In this document: positions 9,921-22,100 of the stretch, piece after piece
Layout: every line of letters begins with the position of its first letter
Position numbering within the stretch: the stretch's first letter is position 1
DNA from: an uncultured virus (IMG/VR IMGVR_UViG_3300022853_000024)
Taxonomy: Duplodnaviria; Heunggongvirae; Uroviricota; Caudoviricetes
IMG/VR virus record: IMGVR_UViG_3300022853_000024
Reading direction: 5' to 3' (one strand)
DNA: 64,000 nucleotides
Program-made: the position numbers and the translations under genes
The notes under the pieces: model-generated
Database searches by the model: none
What the model was told of the DNA's origin: nothing
What the model saw: the letters and a program-made list of their open reading frames with translations, nothing else

Positions 9921-11078
9921 ATGCCAAGATTAAGTCTTTATAAACCAGAAAAGGGAAATGACTACACATTCTTAGACAACACCGTGGTGGAAATGTTCAC
10001 TGTGGGCGGTACCGATGTTTTTGTACACAAATACCTAGGACCTAAGAATACAGACGAAGCAGATGCCACTCCAAGCCAGCCAAGATACGATGCTGTGAAA
10101 GAAACCAACATACAAGATATGTTATTTCTAGAAAATAGAGACAGAAAATACGACACAGATGTGTACAGTTTAAGAGGCATATACAATGTGCAAGATATTG
10201 ACTTTGACATGAGTCAATTTGGATTGTTCTTACAAAACGACACATTGTTTATGACAATTCCTATCACTAGTAGTGTTAAAACATTGGGCAGAAAAGTTAT
10301 GCCGGGTGATGTGTTTGAATTACCTCATCTCAAAGACGAATATGCACTGAATGATTTCAATGTAGCACTTAAAAGATTTTATGTTGTGGAAGATATCAGT
10401 AGAGCGGCAGAAGGATTTAGCCAAACTTGGTATCCACACCTTTACAGAGTTAAATTAAAACAGATATACGACTCACAAGAATTTAAAGAGATATTAGACA
10501 AGGATGCAGGAGCAGGTACAGGACAAACATTAAGGGACGTACTGTCTACATATGAACAAGAAATGCAAATTAATAATGCTGTGATTCAACAAGCAGAAGC
10601 AGATGCACCCAAGTCGGGATACGACATAGCACATTTTTATACTTTACAAGTAGATGATAACGGAAAACCAGAATTAGTCACAACTGATACATCAACATTG
10701 GACACAACAACACAAAATACTTTAGCAGACAGAGTAACCCAAACTCCGTCTAAAGAAGGTTACAATGGATATTTGTTAGGAGATGGAATTGCACCCAATG
10801 GTGAACAGTTTGGCTTTGGCATAAGTTTTCCAGCACAGTCAGACAAAGGAGATTATTTTTTACGCACAGATTTTTTACCAAACAGATTGTTTAGAAGCGA
10901 TGGCGGACGTTGGGTGAAAATGGAAGACAATGTGCGTATGACACTAACTAACACTGACACAAGAAGTACTCAAAAAGGAACATTTGTTAATAATACTAAA
11001 ACTTCAACGATTGCTGGTGAATCAGTAACTGAAAGACAAAGTTTATCTACAGCACTGAAACCAAAGGCGGATAGTTAA
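9921..11078 (+). CDS. gp14: Neck / head-closure protein (gp14-like) with an extension
   Basis: DMLFLENRDRKY, DFDMSQFGLF and PGDVFELPH motifs. Divergent from gp13, upstream of gp15. Confidence 0.7.
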   Translation: MPRLSLYKPEKGNDYTFLDNTVVEMFTVGGTDVFVHKYLGPKNTDEADATPSQPRYDAVKETNIQDMLFLENRDRKYDTDVYSLRGIYNVQDIDFDMSQFGLFLQNDTLFMTIPITSSVKTLGRKVMPGDVFELPHLKDEYALNDFNVALKRFYVVEDISRAAEGFSQTWYPHLYRVKLKQIYDSQEFKEILDKDAGAGTGQTLRDVLSTYEQEMQINNAVIQQAEADAPKSGYDIAHFYTLQVDDNGKPELVTTDTSTLDTTTQNTLADRVTQTPSKEGYNGYLLGDGIAPNGEQFGFGISFPAQSDKGDYFLRTDFLPNRLFRSDGGRWVKMEDNVRMTLTNTDTRSTQKGTFVNNTKTSTIAGESVTERQSLSTALKPKADS

Positions 11079-12505
11079 TGCAACATTTTTACGACGGACA
11101 GATTAGAAGATACATTACTCAGATTATTAGATTACTGAGTAATTTTTCTTACAAAGACGGTAGTGATGGATTAAAAACTATACCGGTTATGTACGGAGAT
11201 ATCAGCAGACAAGTTGGACATATCATAAGAGATAATTCAGAAAACAAATTACCTTCAGTGCCAAGAATGGGAATATATGTTACTGGATTAGAAATGGATA
11301 GACAACGTCTATCTGATGCTAGTTTTGTGAGTAAAGTTCACGTTAGAGAAAGAGCATATGATGCCAACAATAATGAATATCTAAACACACAAGGCAAAAA
11401 TGTCACTGTTGAAAGATTGATGCCAACGCCTTACACATTAACAATGAATGCAGATATTTGGACATCAAACACAGAACAAAAGTTACAAATAATGGAACAA
11501 ATAATGATGTTGTTTAATCCATCACTTGAAATTCAAACCACAGACAACTATATTGACTGGACCAGTTTAAGTGTTGTTGAATTGTCAAATATTAATTTTT
11601 CATCAAGAACAATTCCATTGGGTACAGAATCAGAAGTTGATGTTGCCACACTGGGATTCACAACACCAATATTCATATCACCACCAACAAAAGTAAAAAA
11701 ATTAGGAGTGATTACTCATATTATTACAAGTATTTTTAACGAACAATCAGGTAATATAGATCTAAGTCAAACAATGCCTGAATTAAAAGCATATCAAGAT
11801 GGATATGAAAACAGCATCAAGTTAGATGATAAAGGACGAGCAATAAGAAAAGATACAGATTCTGTGCAAGGCACAACAGGTATCAATGTTGACATATATG
11901 TGTTGAACAGTGTTGCTCAAATTATAACTAAAGGTGTTATAGGCGGCGAAGTGTGGACAGGCAATGTGTTAACCATACCAAACTATAAAAATGGATTGAG
12001 CAAAATTTATTTGAATAGACAAGGCATTGATGCTCAAGTGGTTGGTACTGTGGCAGTGAATGAAGCAAATCCACACCAACTTTTAATTGATTGGGATGAA
12101 GACACAATTCCAACTGACACTGTGATTGTTGGTCCAATCACAACAAGTGGATCAGTTGATTTTATTATCGATCCTGCATCGTTTGATCCATCCAGTGTGA
12201 AACAAAATGGTAAAAGATTACTATTATTGAAAGGCATTGGCGATTCCAACAACGAAGTCGGAGCATTTGCATGGAAAGGTGACAGCAACATAGATTTAGT
12301 TGCAGGAGCCAATGACATTGTGGAATGGAACGGAACAAATTGGCAAGTCATTTTTGATGCCAGTGCTAATCCTAACACCGTTGCCAATTTCACAGAATCA
12401 TTTGTTACCAATTTAAACACTGGTGTACAGTACAAATGGAATGGTACAGAATGGTTGTTGTCTTTCGAAGGTGAATATCGTAAAGGCACTTGGAAGATCT
12501 CTTAG
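11078..12505 (+). CDS. gp15: Tail sheath stabiliser / tail terminator (gp15-like) with a C-terminal extension
   Basis: HFYDGQIRRY, IPVMYG, PTPYTL and QIMEQI...FNP motifs. Confidence 0.8.
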   Translation: MQHFYDGQIRRYITQIIRLLSNFSYKDGSDGLKTIPVMYGDISRQVGHIIRDNSENKLPSVPRMGIYVTGLEMDRQRLSDASFVSKVHVRERAYDANNNEYLNTQGKNVTVERLMPTPYTLTMNADIWTSNTEQKLQIMEQIMMLFNPSLEIQTTDNYIDWTSLSVVELSNINFSSRTIPLGTESEVDVATLGFTTPIFISPPTKVKKLGVITHIITSIFNEQSGNIDLSQTMPELKAYQDGYENSIKLDDKGRAIRKDTDSVQGTTGINVDIYVLNSVAQIITKGVIGGEVWTGNVLTIPNYKNGLSKIYLNRQGIDAQVVGTVAVNEANPHQLLIDWDEDTIPTDTVIVGPITTSGSVDFIIDPASFDPSSVKQNGKRLLLLKGIGDSNNEVGAFAWKGDSNIDLVAGANDIVEWNGTNWQVIFDASANPNTVANFTESFVTNLNTGVQYKWNGTEWLLSFEGEYRKGTWKIS

Positions 12506-12521
12506 TCACATAATTAATTGT

Positions 12522-12956
12522 ATGAACAGTAAAATTGTAGGGTGTGGAGCACTCTTCTATACACTAGATACAAAAAGATTTTTATTACTACACAGAACTC
12601 AAAGTAAACAAAATAATGTTTGGGGGCTGGTCGGTGGTACTACAACTTCAGATAAAAATTTATGGGAAGGTCTTCAAAGAGAAATTGAAGAAGAAATAGG
12701 CGAACAATCAATTAAAAAAACTATTCCAATGGAAACATTCGTCAGCAATGATGAAAATTTTTTGTATCATACTTATTTGTGTGTGGTGGAAAAAGAATTT
12801 ATTCCAATATTAAACACAGAACATGATGGATATGCATGGGTAACTTTTGGTAACTGGCCCAAGCCATTACACCAAGGATTACGTAAAACATTCCAAAATA
12901 AAACCAATCAAATTAAATTGGATACTGTGTTTAAAATGTTAAAATTGATCAAATGA
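12522..12956 (+). CDS. Nudix hydrolase
   Basis: Nudix box WGLVGG...EGLQREIEEEIG and LNTEHDGYAW. Confidence 0.88.
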   Translation: MNSKIVGCGALFYTLDTKRFLLLHRTQSKQNNVWGLVGGTTTSDKNLWEGLQREIEEEIGEQSIKKTIPMETFVSNDENFLYHTYLCVVEKEFIPILNTEHDGYAWVTFGNWPKPLHQGLRKTFQNKTNQIKLDTVFKMLKLIK

Positions 12957-14212
12957 AAATAATTGGAGATGTAATGTTGGACGTCTGGGTACAGGGTGAT
13001 TGTACCAAAGTATCTCCAGAAGCATCCACTCTTGTACTGAAAGAAAACTCTCGAAATTACAACATAGGAGGAGCAGGAAACCTCGCTTTAAACCTGTCAA
13101 ATCTTGGCGTAGACACACATCTTTACAGTTCGGTGGGCAACGATGCCCCAGGTCACAGAATACAAGAAATACTGCTTAAAAACAATATCACATCATACAT
13201 CAGTAATGATGCTGTAACCAGCACTGTGAAAACACGTATGATCGGACCAGACGGACAGCACCTATTAAGACTGGATCGTGAAGAACAATACCTTGGATCT
13301 CAGCCCAAACAAAATTTATTAAAAAATTTACAAAAGGATGATGTTGTCTTGGTGAGTGATTACAACAAAGGTGTGATTACTAACACCCTTGTGAGTGATA
13401 TTGTTCATTTGGTAAAAAGAGTTTATGTAGATCCCAAACAAAATCCTGACTGCTATAAAGATGCATATCTGGTTAAGCCTAATATGAAAGAGTACGAACA
13501 ATGGTTTGGAAAATTTAATCCTGAAAATGCTGATCAATACAGAACTCAATTCAATTGGAATTGGTTAGTTGTGACTGACGGAGGCAACGGCATTCATGTT
13601 GTTGGCAATAATGAATACAAACACATCACTGGTGACGCTGTTGAATTAGCAGATGTTAGTGGTGCAGGAGACACAGTGTTAGCAATTATTGTGAAATATG
13701 TTGAACAAGGATATAGTATGACAGATGCTTGTTCTCTTGCTTTAAAAGGTGCAAGTAGTGTTGTACAACACAGAGGTGTTACTGTTGTTCAAATTAGTGA
13801 TGTAGAAGACACAATAGTTTGGACCAATGGAGTTTTTGATATTTTACATCAAGGACATTTAGAATTATTAAAATTTTCTAAAAATCAAGGAGACAAATTG
13901 ATTGTGGGTATTAATTCAGATGATAGTGTGAAAAGATTAAAAGGCAATGATCGACCTTATAACAATTCATTAGTAAGACAACAACAGTTAATGGAACTGC
14001 CTTGGGTAGATCAGGTTGTTGTGTTTGATGAAGATACACCTTTGGAATCAATCAAACAATACACACCAGACGTGATTGTTAAAGGTGGAGATTACACTGT
14101 AGAAACCACAGTGGGCAATGAGATGGCAGATGTGAAAATTTTTCCAACAGTTAAAGGATTTTCAACCACAAATATATTGAATAAAGTGCATGGAACAACA
14201 GATAAAAAATAA
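12953..14212 (+). CDS. hldE: Bifunctional heptose-7-phosphate kinase / heptose-1-phosphate adenylyltransferase
   Basis: Kinase half: IGDVMLD, SPEA, GGAGNLA.N, SDYNKG, VDPK, KPN..E, DVSGAGDT. Transferase half: NGVFDILHQGH, GINSDDSVKRLKG..RP, KGGDY, GFSTT. Confidence 0.93.
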   Translation: MKIIGDVMLDVWVQGDCTKVSPEASTLVLKENSRNYNIGGAGNLALNLSNLGVDTHLYSSVGNDAPGHRIQEILLKNNITSYISNDAVTSTVKTRMIGPDGQHLLRLDREEQYLGSQPKQNLLKNLQKDDVVLVSDYNKGVITNTLVSDIVHLVKRVYVDPKQNPDCYKDAYLVKPNMKEYEQWFGKFNPENADQYRTQFNWNWLVVTDGGNGIHVVGNNEYKHITGDAVELADVSGAGDTVLAIIVKYVEQGYSMTDACSLALKGASSVVQHRGVTVVQISDVEDTIVWTNGVFDILHQGHLELLKFSKNQGDKLIVGINSDDSVKRLKGNDRPYNNSLVRQQQLMELPWVDQVVVFDEDTPLESIKQYTPDVIVKGGDYTVETTVGNEMADVKIFPTVKGFSTTNILNKVHGTTDKK

Positions 14213-14792
14213 TAAAATAATATTAAAAAATGTTTTAAGTGACGAACATTTCAAAAGCATCATGGACATTATGTTTAGTGACGGGTTTCCTTGGTTTTAT
14301 CAAGATCACTTGGTTAACAAAGAACAAGCAACAACTGAAGAAAAATATAAAATACAGTTTGTGCATAAATTTCATGAAAACAGTAACATAGTCACAAGTC
14401 CTGAAATATGGAACATGTGTTTTCCTATTTTTGCTGTGCTTCAACCTCACACTTTTTTAAGAGTAAAAGCAAACAATATACCTAGAAGAGAAACAATTGT
14501 GACTCATGGTATGCACTGTGACGTGAGTGTGCCACTGAGTTACACAGCAATATTTTATTGTAACACCAGCAATGGTTTTACAGAATTTAAAGATGGTGAT
14601 AAAGTTGCAAGTGTTGCCAACTCAATGGTAATATTCCCCAGCAACATGGAACACACCGGAAGTACTTGTTCTGATGAAAGATGTAGAGTTAATATCAATA
14701 TTAATTTCGTTCCTGATTGGAATAACCAATTATTAAAACCTATTTTGCCACAAGGAGCAGAAGCAATTAATAAACTATGGAGTAAGATATGA
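14190..14792 (+). CDS. 2OG-Fe(II) oxygenase
   Basis: HCD...AIFY.NT.NG.T, IFPSNMEHTG and RVNININF (HxD...H...R facial triad). Confidence 0.8.
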   Translation: MEQQIKNNKIILKNVLSDEHFKSIMDIMFSDGFPWFYQDHLVNKEQATTEEKYKIQFVHKFHENSNIVTSPEIWNMCFPIFAVLQPHTFLRVKANNIPRRETIVTHGMHCDVSVPLSYTAIFYCNTSNGFTEFKDGDKVASVANSMVIFPSNMEHTGSTCSDERCRVNININFVPDWNNQLLKPILPQGAEAINKLWSKI

Positions 14793-15604
14793 AAATTTGT
14801 GTAACGGGTGCTGAAGGATTTATAGGAAAAAATTTGTGCAAACATCTAGATAGCATGAATCACGAAGTAACAAAATTTGAATATGCAATCAATAGTTTTC
14901 CTGATCCCAGTATGTATGATTGGGTGATACACCTTGGAGCAATTAGTTCTACAACAGAAAGAAATGTAGAATTAATCATGGATCAAAACTATGAATACAG
15001 TTTAAAATTATTACAAATGTGTGACACCATGGGGGTAAATTTTCAATATGCCAGTTCTGCCAGTGTGTATGGTAACACAAACAGTTTTGTAGAAAACGGA
15101 CCAATATATCCTCAATCACCCTATGCTTGGAGCAAGTATTTGTTTGATAGATTTGTTCAACAAGCCATGGGAGAATTTAAAATATTAGTTCAAGGATTTA
15201 GATATTTTAATGTGTATGGAGATCATGAAGAACACAAAGGAGATCAAGCATCTCCAGTGACTAAATTTTCAAAACAAGCAAAAGAAAATGGCATAATAAA
15301 ATTATTCGAAAATAGTGATCAATATCTTAGAGATTTTGTGTGTGTGGATGATGTGTGTAACGTACACTGTCAAATGCTACAACACGATGTAAGCGGTATT
15401 TACAATGTTGGCACAGGCACAGCAACATCATTTCAAAGTGTTGCAGATTCTGTGGCTAAAAAATACAATGCCAAAATACAAACAATACCAATGCCTCAAC
15501 AACTCAAAGGACAATATCAGTCTTACACCTGTGCAGATTTAACTGAATTAAATAAAAATGTTACAATAAATTATAAAACAGTTGAGCAATATTTAAATGA
15601 TTAA
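14789..15604 (+). CDS. hldD: ADP-L-glycero-D-manno-heptose 6-epimerase
   Basis: TGAEGFIG, HLGAISSTTE, YASSASVYG, YAWSK, RYFNVYG, RDFVCVDDV and YQSYTCAD. Confidence 0.92.
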   Translation: MKICVTGAEGFIGKNLCKHLDSMNHEVTKFEYAINSFPDPSMYDWVIHLGAISSTTERNVELIMDQNYEYSLKLLQMCDTMGVNFQYASSASVYGNTNSFVENGPIYPQSPYAWSKYLFDRFVQQAMGEFKILVQGFRYFNVYGDHEEHKGDQASPVTKFSKQAKENGIIKLFENSDQYLRDFVCVDDVCNVHCQMLQHDVSGIYNVGTGTATSFQSVADSVAKKYNAKIQTIPMPQQLKGQYQSYTCADLTELNKNVTINYKTVEQYLND

Positions 15605-15980
15605 TAAAGAAGGTAAAGTAGAAAAAGGTTGGGGATACGAATTAATTTGGGCTTCCAATGACAAGTACTGTGGAAAAATCATGGTGTTTGAACGCAAAGG
15701 TGCTAAATTCTCAATGCATTTTCACAAAACCAAAGATGAAACTTGGTTTGTGAACGAAGGAAAATTCCTTTTAAGTTGGATAGATACTCAAACTGCATCT
15801 CTGTTAACAAAAGAACTTAAAGAAGGCGAAACGTGGAGAAATTTACCTCTAATGCCACATCAAGTTCAATGTTTAACTGATCGAGGTAGCATCACTGAAG
15901 TGAGCACTGCTGACGATCCAGAAGACAATTATAGAATCATTCCTGGCGATTCACAAAAAATAGAAAATAAAACTACTTAG
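15597..15980 (+). CDS. Cupin sugar isomerase/epimerase-like protein
   Basis: KGWGYE, SMHFHKTKDETW, PHQ and EVST..D..DNYR cupin motifs. Confidence 0.8.
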   Translation: MINKEGKVEKGWGYELIWASNDKYCGKIMVFERKGAKFSMHFHKTKDETWFVNEGKFLLSWIDTQTASLLTKELKEGETWRNLPLMPHQVQCLTDRGSITEVSTADDPEDNYRIIPGDSQKIENKTT

Positions 15981-16104
15981 ACTTTTTGGATTTTCCACAT
16001 TCCTTACAAACACAGTCTGGACAATCTAGACATTCTCCACACGATTTTTTGCAGTGTTGTTCACACCCACACGTCTCGCATATATGTTTGATCTGTTGAT
16101 CCAT
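15973..16104 (-). CDS. 43-aa Cys-rich metallothionein-like protein
   Basis: Below the ORF-track cut-off. Reads MDQQIKHICETCGCEQHCKKSCGECLDCPDCVCKECGKSKKSK (10 Cys). Its ATG overlaps the upstream stop as TAATG. Confidence 0.75.
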   Translation of the reverse strand: MDQQIKHICETCGCEQHCKKSCGECLDCPDCVCKECGKSKKSK

Positions 16105-19100
16105 TAAGCCTGTGCTTCAGACCAACGTAACGTAATTGTAGATGATACATTACCTGCACCAGCAGTTCTAAATACGTTGATGGCCAATACGTCTGGACCA
16201 TTCGGGAACGTACCTCTACCACCCAAAGTGGTATTGGTTAATGCTTTGATTTTGTCTAATCCTAATGTTGCTCTTTCTCCAGGTTGTGCAACGAAAGAGA
16301 AAATAGTTTCTCCAGGTTGTGCATAAGGAGGTTGTCCAAAAGAAAATGATACGTCACTTGCCGCGGCAATTGTGCCAGTAAATGATTGGTTAAAATCAAC
16401 TCTGTAATATTCAGTTGAACCAAACACAGTTTTTGCCTGTACACTTTGCACAGTTGATCCTGGTGGAAATTCAGTTGTTGTTGCTGTGTCAACTTCTGTA
16501 CCACTCACGGCACTAGCGGCTTCCCATGTTGTAGGACTAAAGAACAAGAAGTTACTGTTTGCTTGATCACCACCATATGCAAAAGTTACAGCGGCGCCAC
16601 CTGATATACCTGTGTGTCTGTTTGAAAATCTCACAAAATAGTAAGATCCATTATTCTGAATCTGTGTAACCACAGTGTTGGAAGGGAATTGAGCAGAAGT
16701 AACACGCATACCCACCACATGTCCTTTGTTTTCCCATTCTGCTTCCAAGAAGTATGCATAATCTCTGTTACCACCCAAGTTAAACCAGTGATTGGATGTG
16801 GATGTCATTTCTGCTTGAGTGGTTGCTGTTGCTTGTGTAGTAGAAGCACCACCATTCCAGTTAACTGAACCACCAGGGGCAATCTCAGCAAAACTTGGTT
16901 GTCCACCTTGTGCTGTTCCTTGCAGTCCTGTCCAACCTATATCTGCTGGATCAATTGGATAGTTTTGTGGGTTAATAATTCCTTGAATCACTAACTGACC
17001 TTGTACACCACCACCTGAAACTGGTTCTGTGGTAATTTCAATACCGTCCAGTAGCAACTGGGCTCTGTTCAACAAGTCTCTGTCTCCCAAATCACCTGTT
17101 AAGGCATTGGATACTGAAGGAGCCAATCTCATTAAGAATACTGTTTGTCTAATTGTGGATAGTTGTAATCCAGTACCTGAGTAACTGAATAGGTATCCTC
17201 TGTCTTCATCAAAATTACCATCTGTTAGATATGCTGACCCCCAGTGTGATATGATCGGAGATGCTGTGTTGGATATCAACACAACTCCAGTGTTTCTGAA
17301 GTGAGCCGCCGCCGCACCTGCTGAATAATTTCTTGTGGCACCTGCCGCGAAGTTTGTAAGTTGTGCCGCTCTTGTACATCCTGTTAATGTGTCGCCTGTA
17401 ATACCTGTAAATGTTATAACTTCGTTATCAATATAAACTGTACCACCTGTTTGCGGTAAGAATGAAGCATCTTCCACAGTAAGTGTGGTTTGTGTCGCAT
17501 CCATATTTTCAATTAATCTTGCACCAGGTCCTTCGTTGGTTACTTCATAACGCACAGGTTGGTTACCTGTTCTCATAAATGCTTCTGTGTTTACGTTTGA
17601 GTTTCTCATTCTGTGAACAAATATGAAATTACCTTTTTGACCTCTAGTCATCCAGTCAATAAACCCAGCACCATACCATGAAAATTGTATCCCAATCATC
17701 TGCATTTTAGACACGTCCCAGTTGTATCCACTTGGTCCTGTTCCGTCCAACACGTCTTTGTTAAATTCTGATTGTTTTGCTTTTTTATCAACCACAGCAC
17801 ACATTTTAACACCTGCTGATTGGTTAACACCTCTGTAATCTGGAGTAACACTCATCGTTGTGTTATCTGTAACACTTGATACCACGTGTGTCATACCTCT
17901 GACTACAACTCTGTCACCTGCTTTAACTTGTTCTCTAAATCTTGTTCCCACACCTGTTACAGCATTTGAATTAGGTGTAACTGTGACTGTGCCAGCCAAT
18001 TGTCTTGTGGCAGTTCTTTGTACAGCATTTGTGTTTTGTCCATCATACTCCCAGAAAATTCCGTTTTGATCATCAAATATACCTGATCTAACTGTTGCAC
18101 CATTCCATTGATACAATGATACTTGTGGTTGATCTGTAAATTCAGGAGTTGTTCCTCCCAAAGTGATTTGTGCAATCACTGTGAATGTTCTTTCATTTGT
18201 AACTGCTGTTATTGTGTATTGTCCATCATACCCTGATGTTGCTACACCTACTAATCTTACAACAGCACCAACTTGTAAGTTGTGGTCAACATCATCTGTT
18301 GTTACTGATATTGTTGAACCTGCATTAATTCCATCAGCAGTAATGTTTAGAATGTCATAACTTGGAGCAAATAGAGCACCAGTTGTGTACATACAACCTT
18401 TACCTGATTGATATCTAATATATTTTTTAGATTGACGTATTGCTTGAGCACCGTGTGCCGGACCACCTGTTCCTAATTGAACACCACCATCGAATGGTCT
18501 GTGTACAAAGAATGAATCTGGTCTACCATATATCGATCCTTGCCAACCAGCATCTGTAATAGCGCCTGGTGATCTCACTTGATATGTTAAACTTGTTGTA
18601 GATGGAATAGAAGTTGCCAAGAACGGTCCTGATGCAAGTATGTGATTGTTTGCACCGTCATCTGATTGTATTACAACTAAGAATGCATTACCTGGAACAA
18701 GTCCATGTGGTGTTGTGAAATTCACTCTCATTGTTGCCAATGCTGAATAAGAAATTGTTGAACTTAACGGAATTGCTTGTGAAACTGGATCTGAAATAGT
18801 TACTGATGAATAAACACTTAATCCTGTTCCTCCAACTGCTGTTCCTGAGTGTGTATTATTTAATGCACCACCAAATGAAGATACTGATTGTATTTGAACA
18901 GTTACATCATTGGCTGGTGTTGTTCCGCCTAAACTTGATCCTGAAATTACAACTTTATCACCCACACCGTAGTTTGTACCTTCTTGAACCACTTGACATT
19001 CTGTGTAAGCAGTTGATGAATCTGTGTCATTAGTTCTTGTGATACTGAATTGAGCACCAACTCCTATTGGAGTTCTGTTTGTGCCTGTAACATTTAATGC

Positions 19101-22100
19101 ATTACCTGTTCCTGTGTTTGCTGTTCCTGTTGCTCCTGATACAGAAGTAACTGAACCTGTTGACACAGCATCTATACCTGCAATTGTGAATGTTAAATCA
19201 TTTGTAGGAGAAGATCCAAACACCGATGTACCTAATATTTTGAATACTTGGTCTGGTGCATGTCCGCTACCACCGTTAGCAACTGCCAATGTGTATGTGC
19301 CTGTATTCAGTGTCACGTTCATTGATAATCCTGAAGGTGTTCTATTTGATTTGTTTACATTTGTGAATGTTTGAGTATTCACTGCTGTTCCTGTCACAGT
19401 GTACGTGGCTATTGCACCTGCTGTAACTGTATCAACTGCGATTGTTACATCATTGGCTGGCGTTAATCCACCCAGTGCTGTTCCTAAAACTGTAATTGTG
19501 TCCGATCCTGCAAATGAGGCACCAGTGTTTGTGAATGTTGCTGTGTATGTTGTACCTGTTCTGTTAATATCAATCACTGCACCTGTTCCTGAGCCTGTAG
19601 TGCTCCAAGTTACTGATGTGTAATCTACATTGGCATCTGTGCCTGTTCCACTGATTGTTAAACTTGTAATCCCGCCATTGCCATCAACTGTTGCAACTGA
19701 CACATATGCATCATTGGTTGGAGTTACTGCACCTAAATCAGATCCACTAACAAACAATTGATCTCCTACTGCGTATCCTGATGTACCTTCCAGTGCCGCT
19801 GTACCTGTTGCTGTAATTGTAGCAATTGCACTGGCACCTGCACCTGTAACTGTATCAACTGCGATTGACACATCATTGGCTGGTGTTGCTCCGCCTAAAC
19901 TTGTTCCTAAGATTGTAAGTGTTTGTCCAACACCGTAGTTGTCACCAGCAGTGTTTAAAGTTACTGTGTAACCAGTTCCTGAAATTGCCACATCAAAACT
20001 AGCATTTGATCCTGTAACGTTTGAACCTGAACTTTGATTTGGATATGTTTGTGTGTTTACTGATGTTCCTGCTATTGTGAAAGTTAAAATTCCACCATTA
20101 CCATCAACAGACCCAACAGTTAATGTTGCATCATTGGCTGTTGTTGCTCCACCAAGTTGTGTTCCTGCAAACACAAGAGTTTCTGCCGCTGAATAATTTG
20201 AACCAATTGTTGTTACCACAGCAGAGTATGTCGTGCCTGTTCTAGTTACTGTGAAGTTTGCTGTTACACCTCCAGCACTTGCTGTTGTGTATGTTGGTGA
20301 AACATAATTCACCGTTTGATTTGGTGCTGTTCCTGCCACATTAATTGTTTGAATTTCTCCTGAACCGCCTACAGCAGTTACTCTGATGTCTAAATTATTT
20401 GTGCCTGTTCCACCAAATGTAGAACCTACTATTCTTATAACATCGTTGGCAATGTATCCTGTTCCTGCTGTGTCAACTGTTACAGTGTATGTCGCTCCGT
20501 CTACATCTACATCAAAAATTGCACCAATACCAGATGCTCCTGCGTATGCTGATGTGGGCACGTCTGTGTATGAAGGACTGTTCAATGCCACTGTGTATGT
20601 TGATGCATTTTTTGTTACATTTATTTGAGCACCTGTTCCTGCACCACCTTGGAACACTGGTGACACTGCTGATGCTGTGCCTGTGCCTGTGAATGATGTA
20701 CCTGTGATGGATGCTGTTAAAATTTCTCCACCAGTGTCTACTGATTCTACAGTTACAAAAGCATCATTGGCTGGTGTTGCTCCGCCTAAAATAGTACCAT
20801 TCACAACAACAACATCACCTACAGCATAATCTTGTCCTGATCCAACTTGTCCGTTGGTCACTAATGATACAGAGTATGCTCCACCAACTCTGAATATGTC
20901 GAATCTTCCCAACTGTCCTGCTGGAGTATAATTTACGCCTGCTAAATTTGTGTACTGAGTAACATCACCAATCAAGTTTTGATTTAATGGTGCACTCAAT
21001 GTTAATTCGTTTCCTACAACATTGATAATTGTTACTGCAAATCCGTCACCTCTGTCAATCACAGAGTTTTGAATAATTCCTGCAGAGTCTGCCACAGTAA
21101 CTGATGTTGCACCTGATGAATAATCTCCTGTCACTGTGGGAGACGCTAATGCTCCACCAGTTCCATTAACTGCTGTAATCTGTGTACCTGTCTGAATTCC
21201 TGTTCCTGTAAGTGGTGCTCCTATTTCAGGTTGAACACCTGTGTACGGTAAAATTGTAGATCCTGATAGTGTTGCTAAACTGGTTACAAAATTTCCTGAT
21301 GATCCATTTGATTGTATACTGAATGACGGAAATCCAATTGATGCACCTGTGTAAAAATCACCTTTTCTCAACTGAGTGAAATTTGTAGAAATTGTTGTAG
21401 GATTTACTGTTCCAACTTTTGCTTTTCCATAATAGTTAAAAACTGTTGCTGATGGCACTGTGTTAACCACAAACGAACCTGCGGCTCTACTTGCACCTGC
21501 AACTGAGTTATCAAATCCTGTTATTGTAAACGGTTGTCCAGGCTCAAAACCATGTGGTCCAATTGTTGTTATTGTGATCAAAGATGAACCAATACCTGAT
21601 GTTCCTGCTGAAGCATCTGATGTAACTGACGCTAAATCATAGTCAGTTCCTGGAACTTCATAAATTGAAGGATAACCTCTTTGTGTCGCAATTGCTTGCC
21701 ACTTGGTTGGCTGAAGTCCATATTCAAAGTCAGCATCAAGCATTGACTCTGGTTGTGCAACTCTCAATCTTTCAATTGCATCTGTTCCAAAATCATATGG
21801 ACGTGTTCTTATTTCATCATCTTCAACAAAAATTTGTAATTGGTCTGTTACATCATCTGCAGATGTATCAGCATTTAAATATATAGTGGTGATTGTGTCA
21901 TTGCCATGAAATGCTTTAGGAAAATCTGGATCAACAAATGCTGTTGGATTTGATGTGTTTGTAGTAAATTCTCTTCTGTAAAAAGTTGTGGCGCCTTTTG
22001 CTGGATCATTGAATGTGTATAAAACTGCATTCGATGTAGCATTTGTGATCAATAATAGTTCTGCTAATTCCACTCTTTCAGGAATTTTTACACTTGAAAT

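Noticed and set aside
9858..9969. Apparent head-to-head overlap of gp13 and gp14
   Set aside because: Artefact of longest-ORF calling. Starts at 9876 and 9921 leave a gap holding divergent late promoters.
12953..15604. Bacterial LPS locus or chimeric assembly
   Set aside because: The genes overlap each other and follow the phage tail genes without a break, have similar composition, and no other cellular LPS context is present.
18850..20900. Recurrent ~25-nt DNA repeats that could suggest a CRISPR array or DGR template/variable repeats
   Set aside because: They are in-frame protein repeats with synonymous variation and spacing of hundreds of nt. No cas or reverse transcriptase gene is present, and I saw no adenine-specific mismatch pattern.
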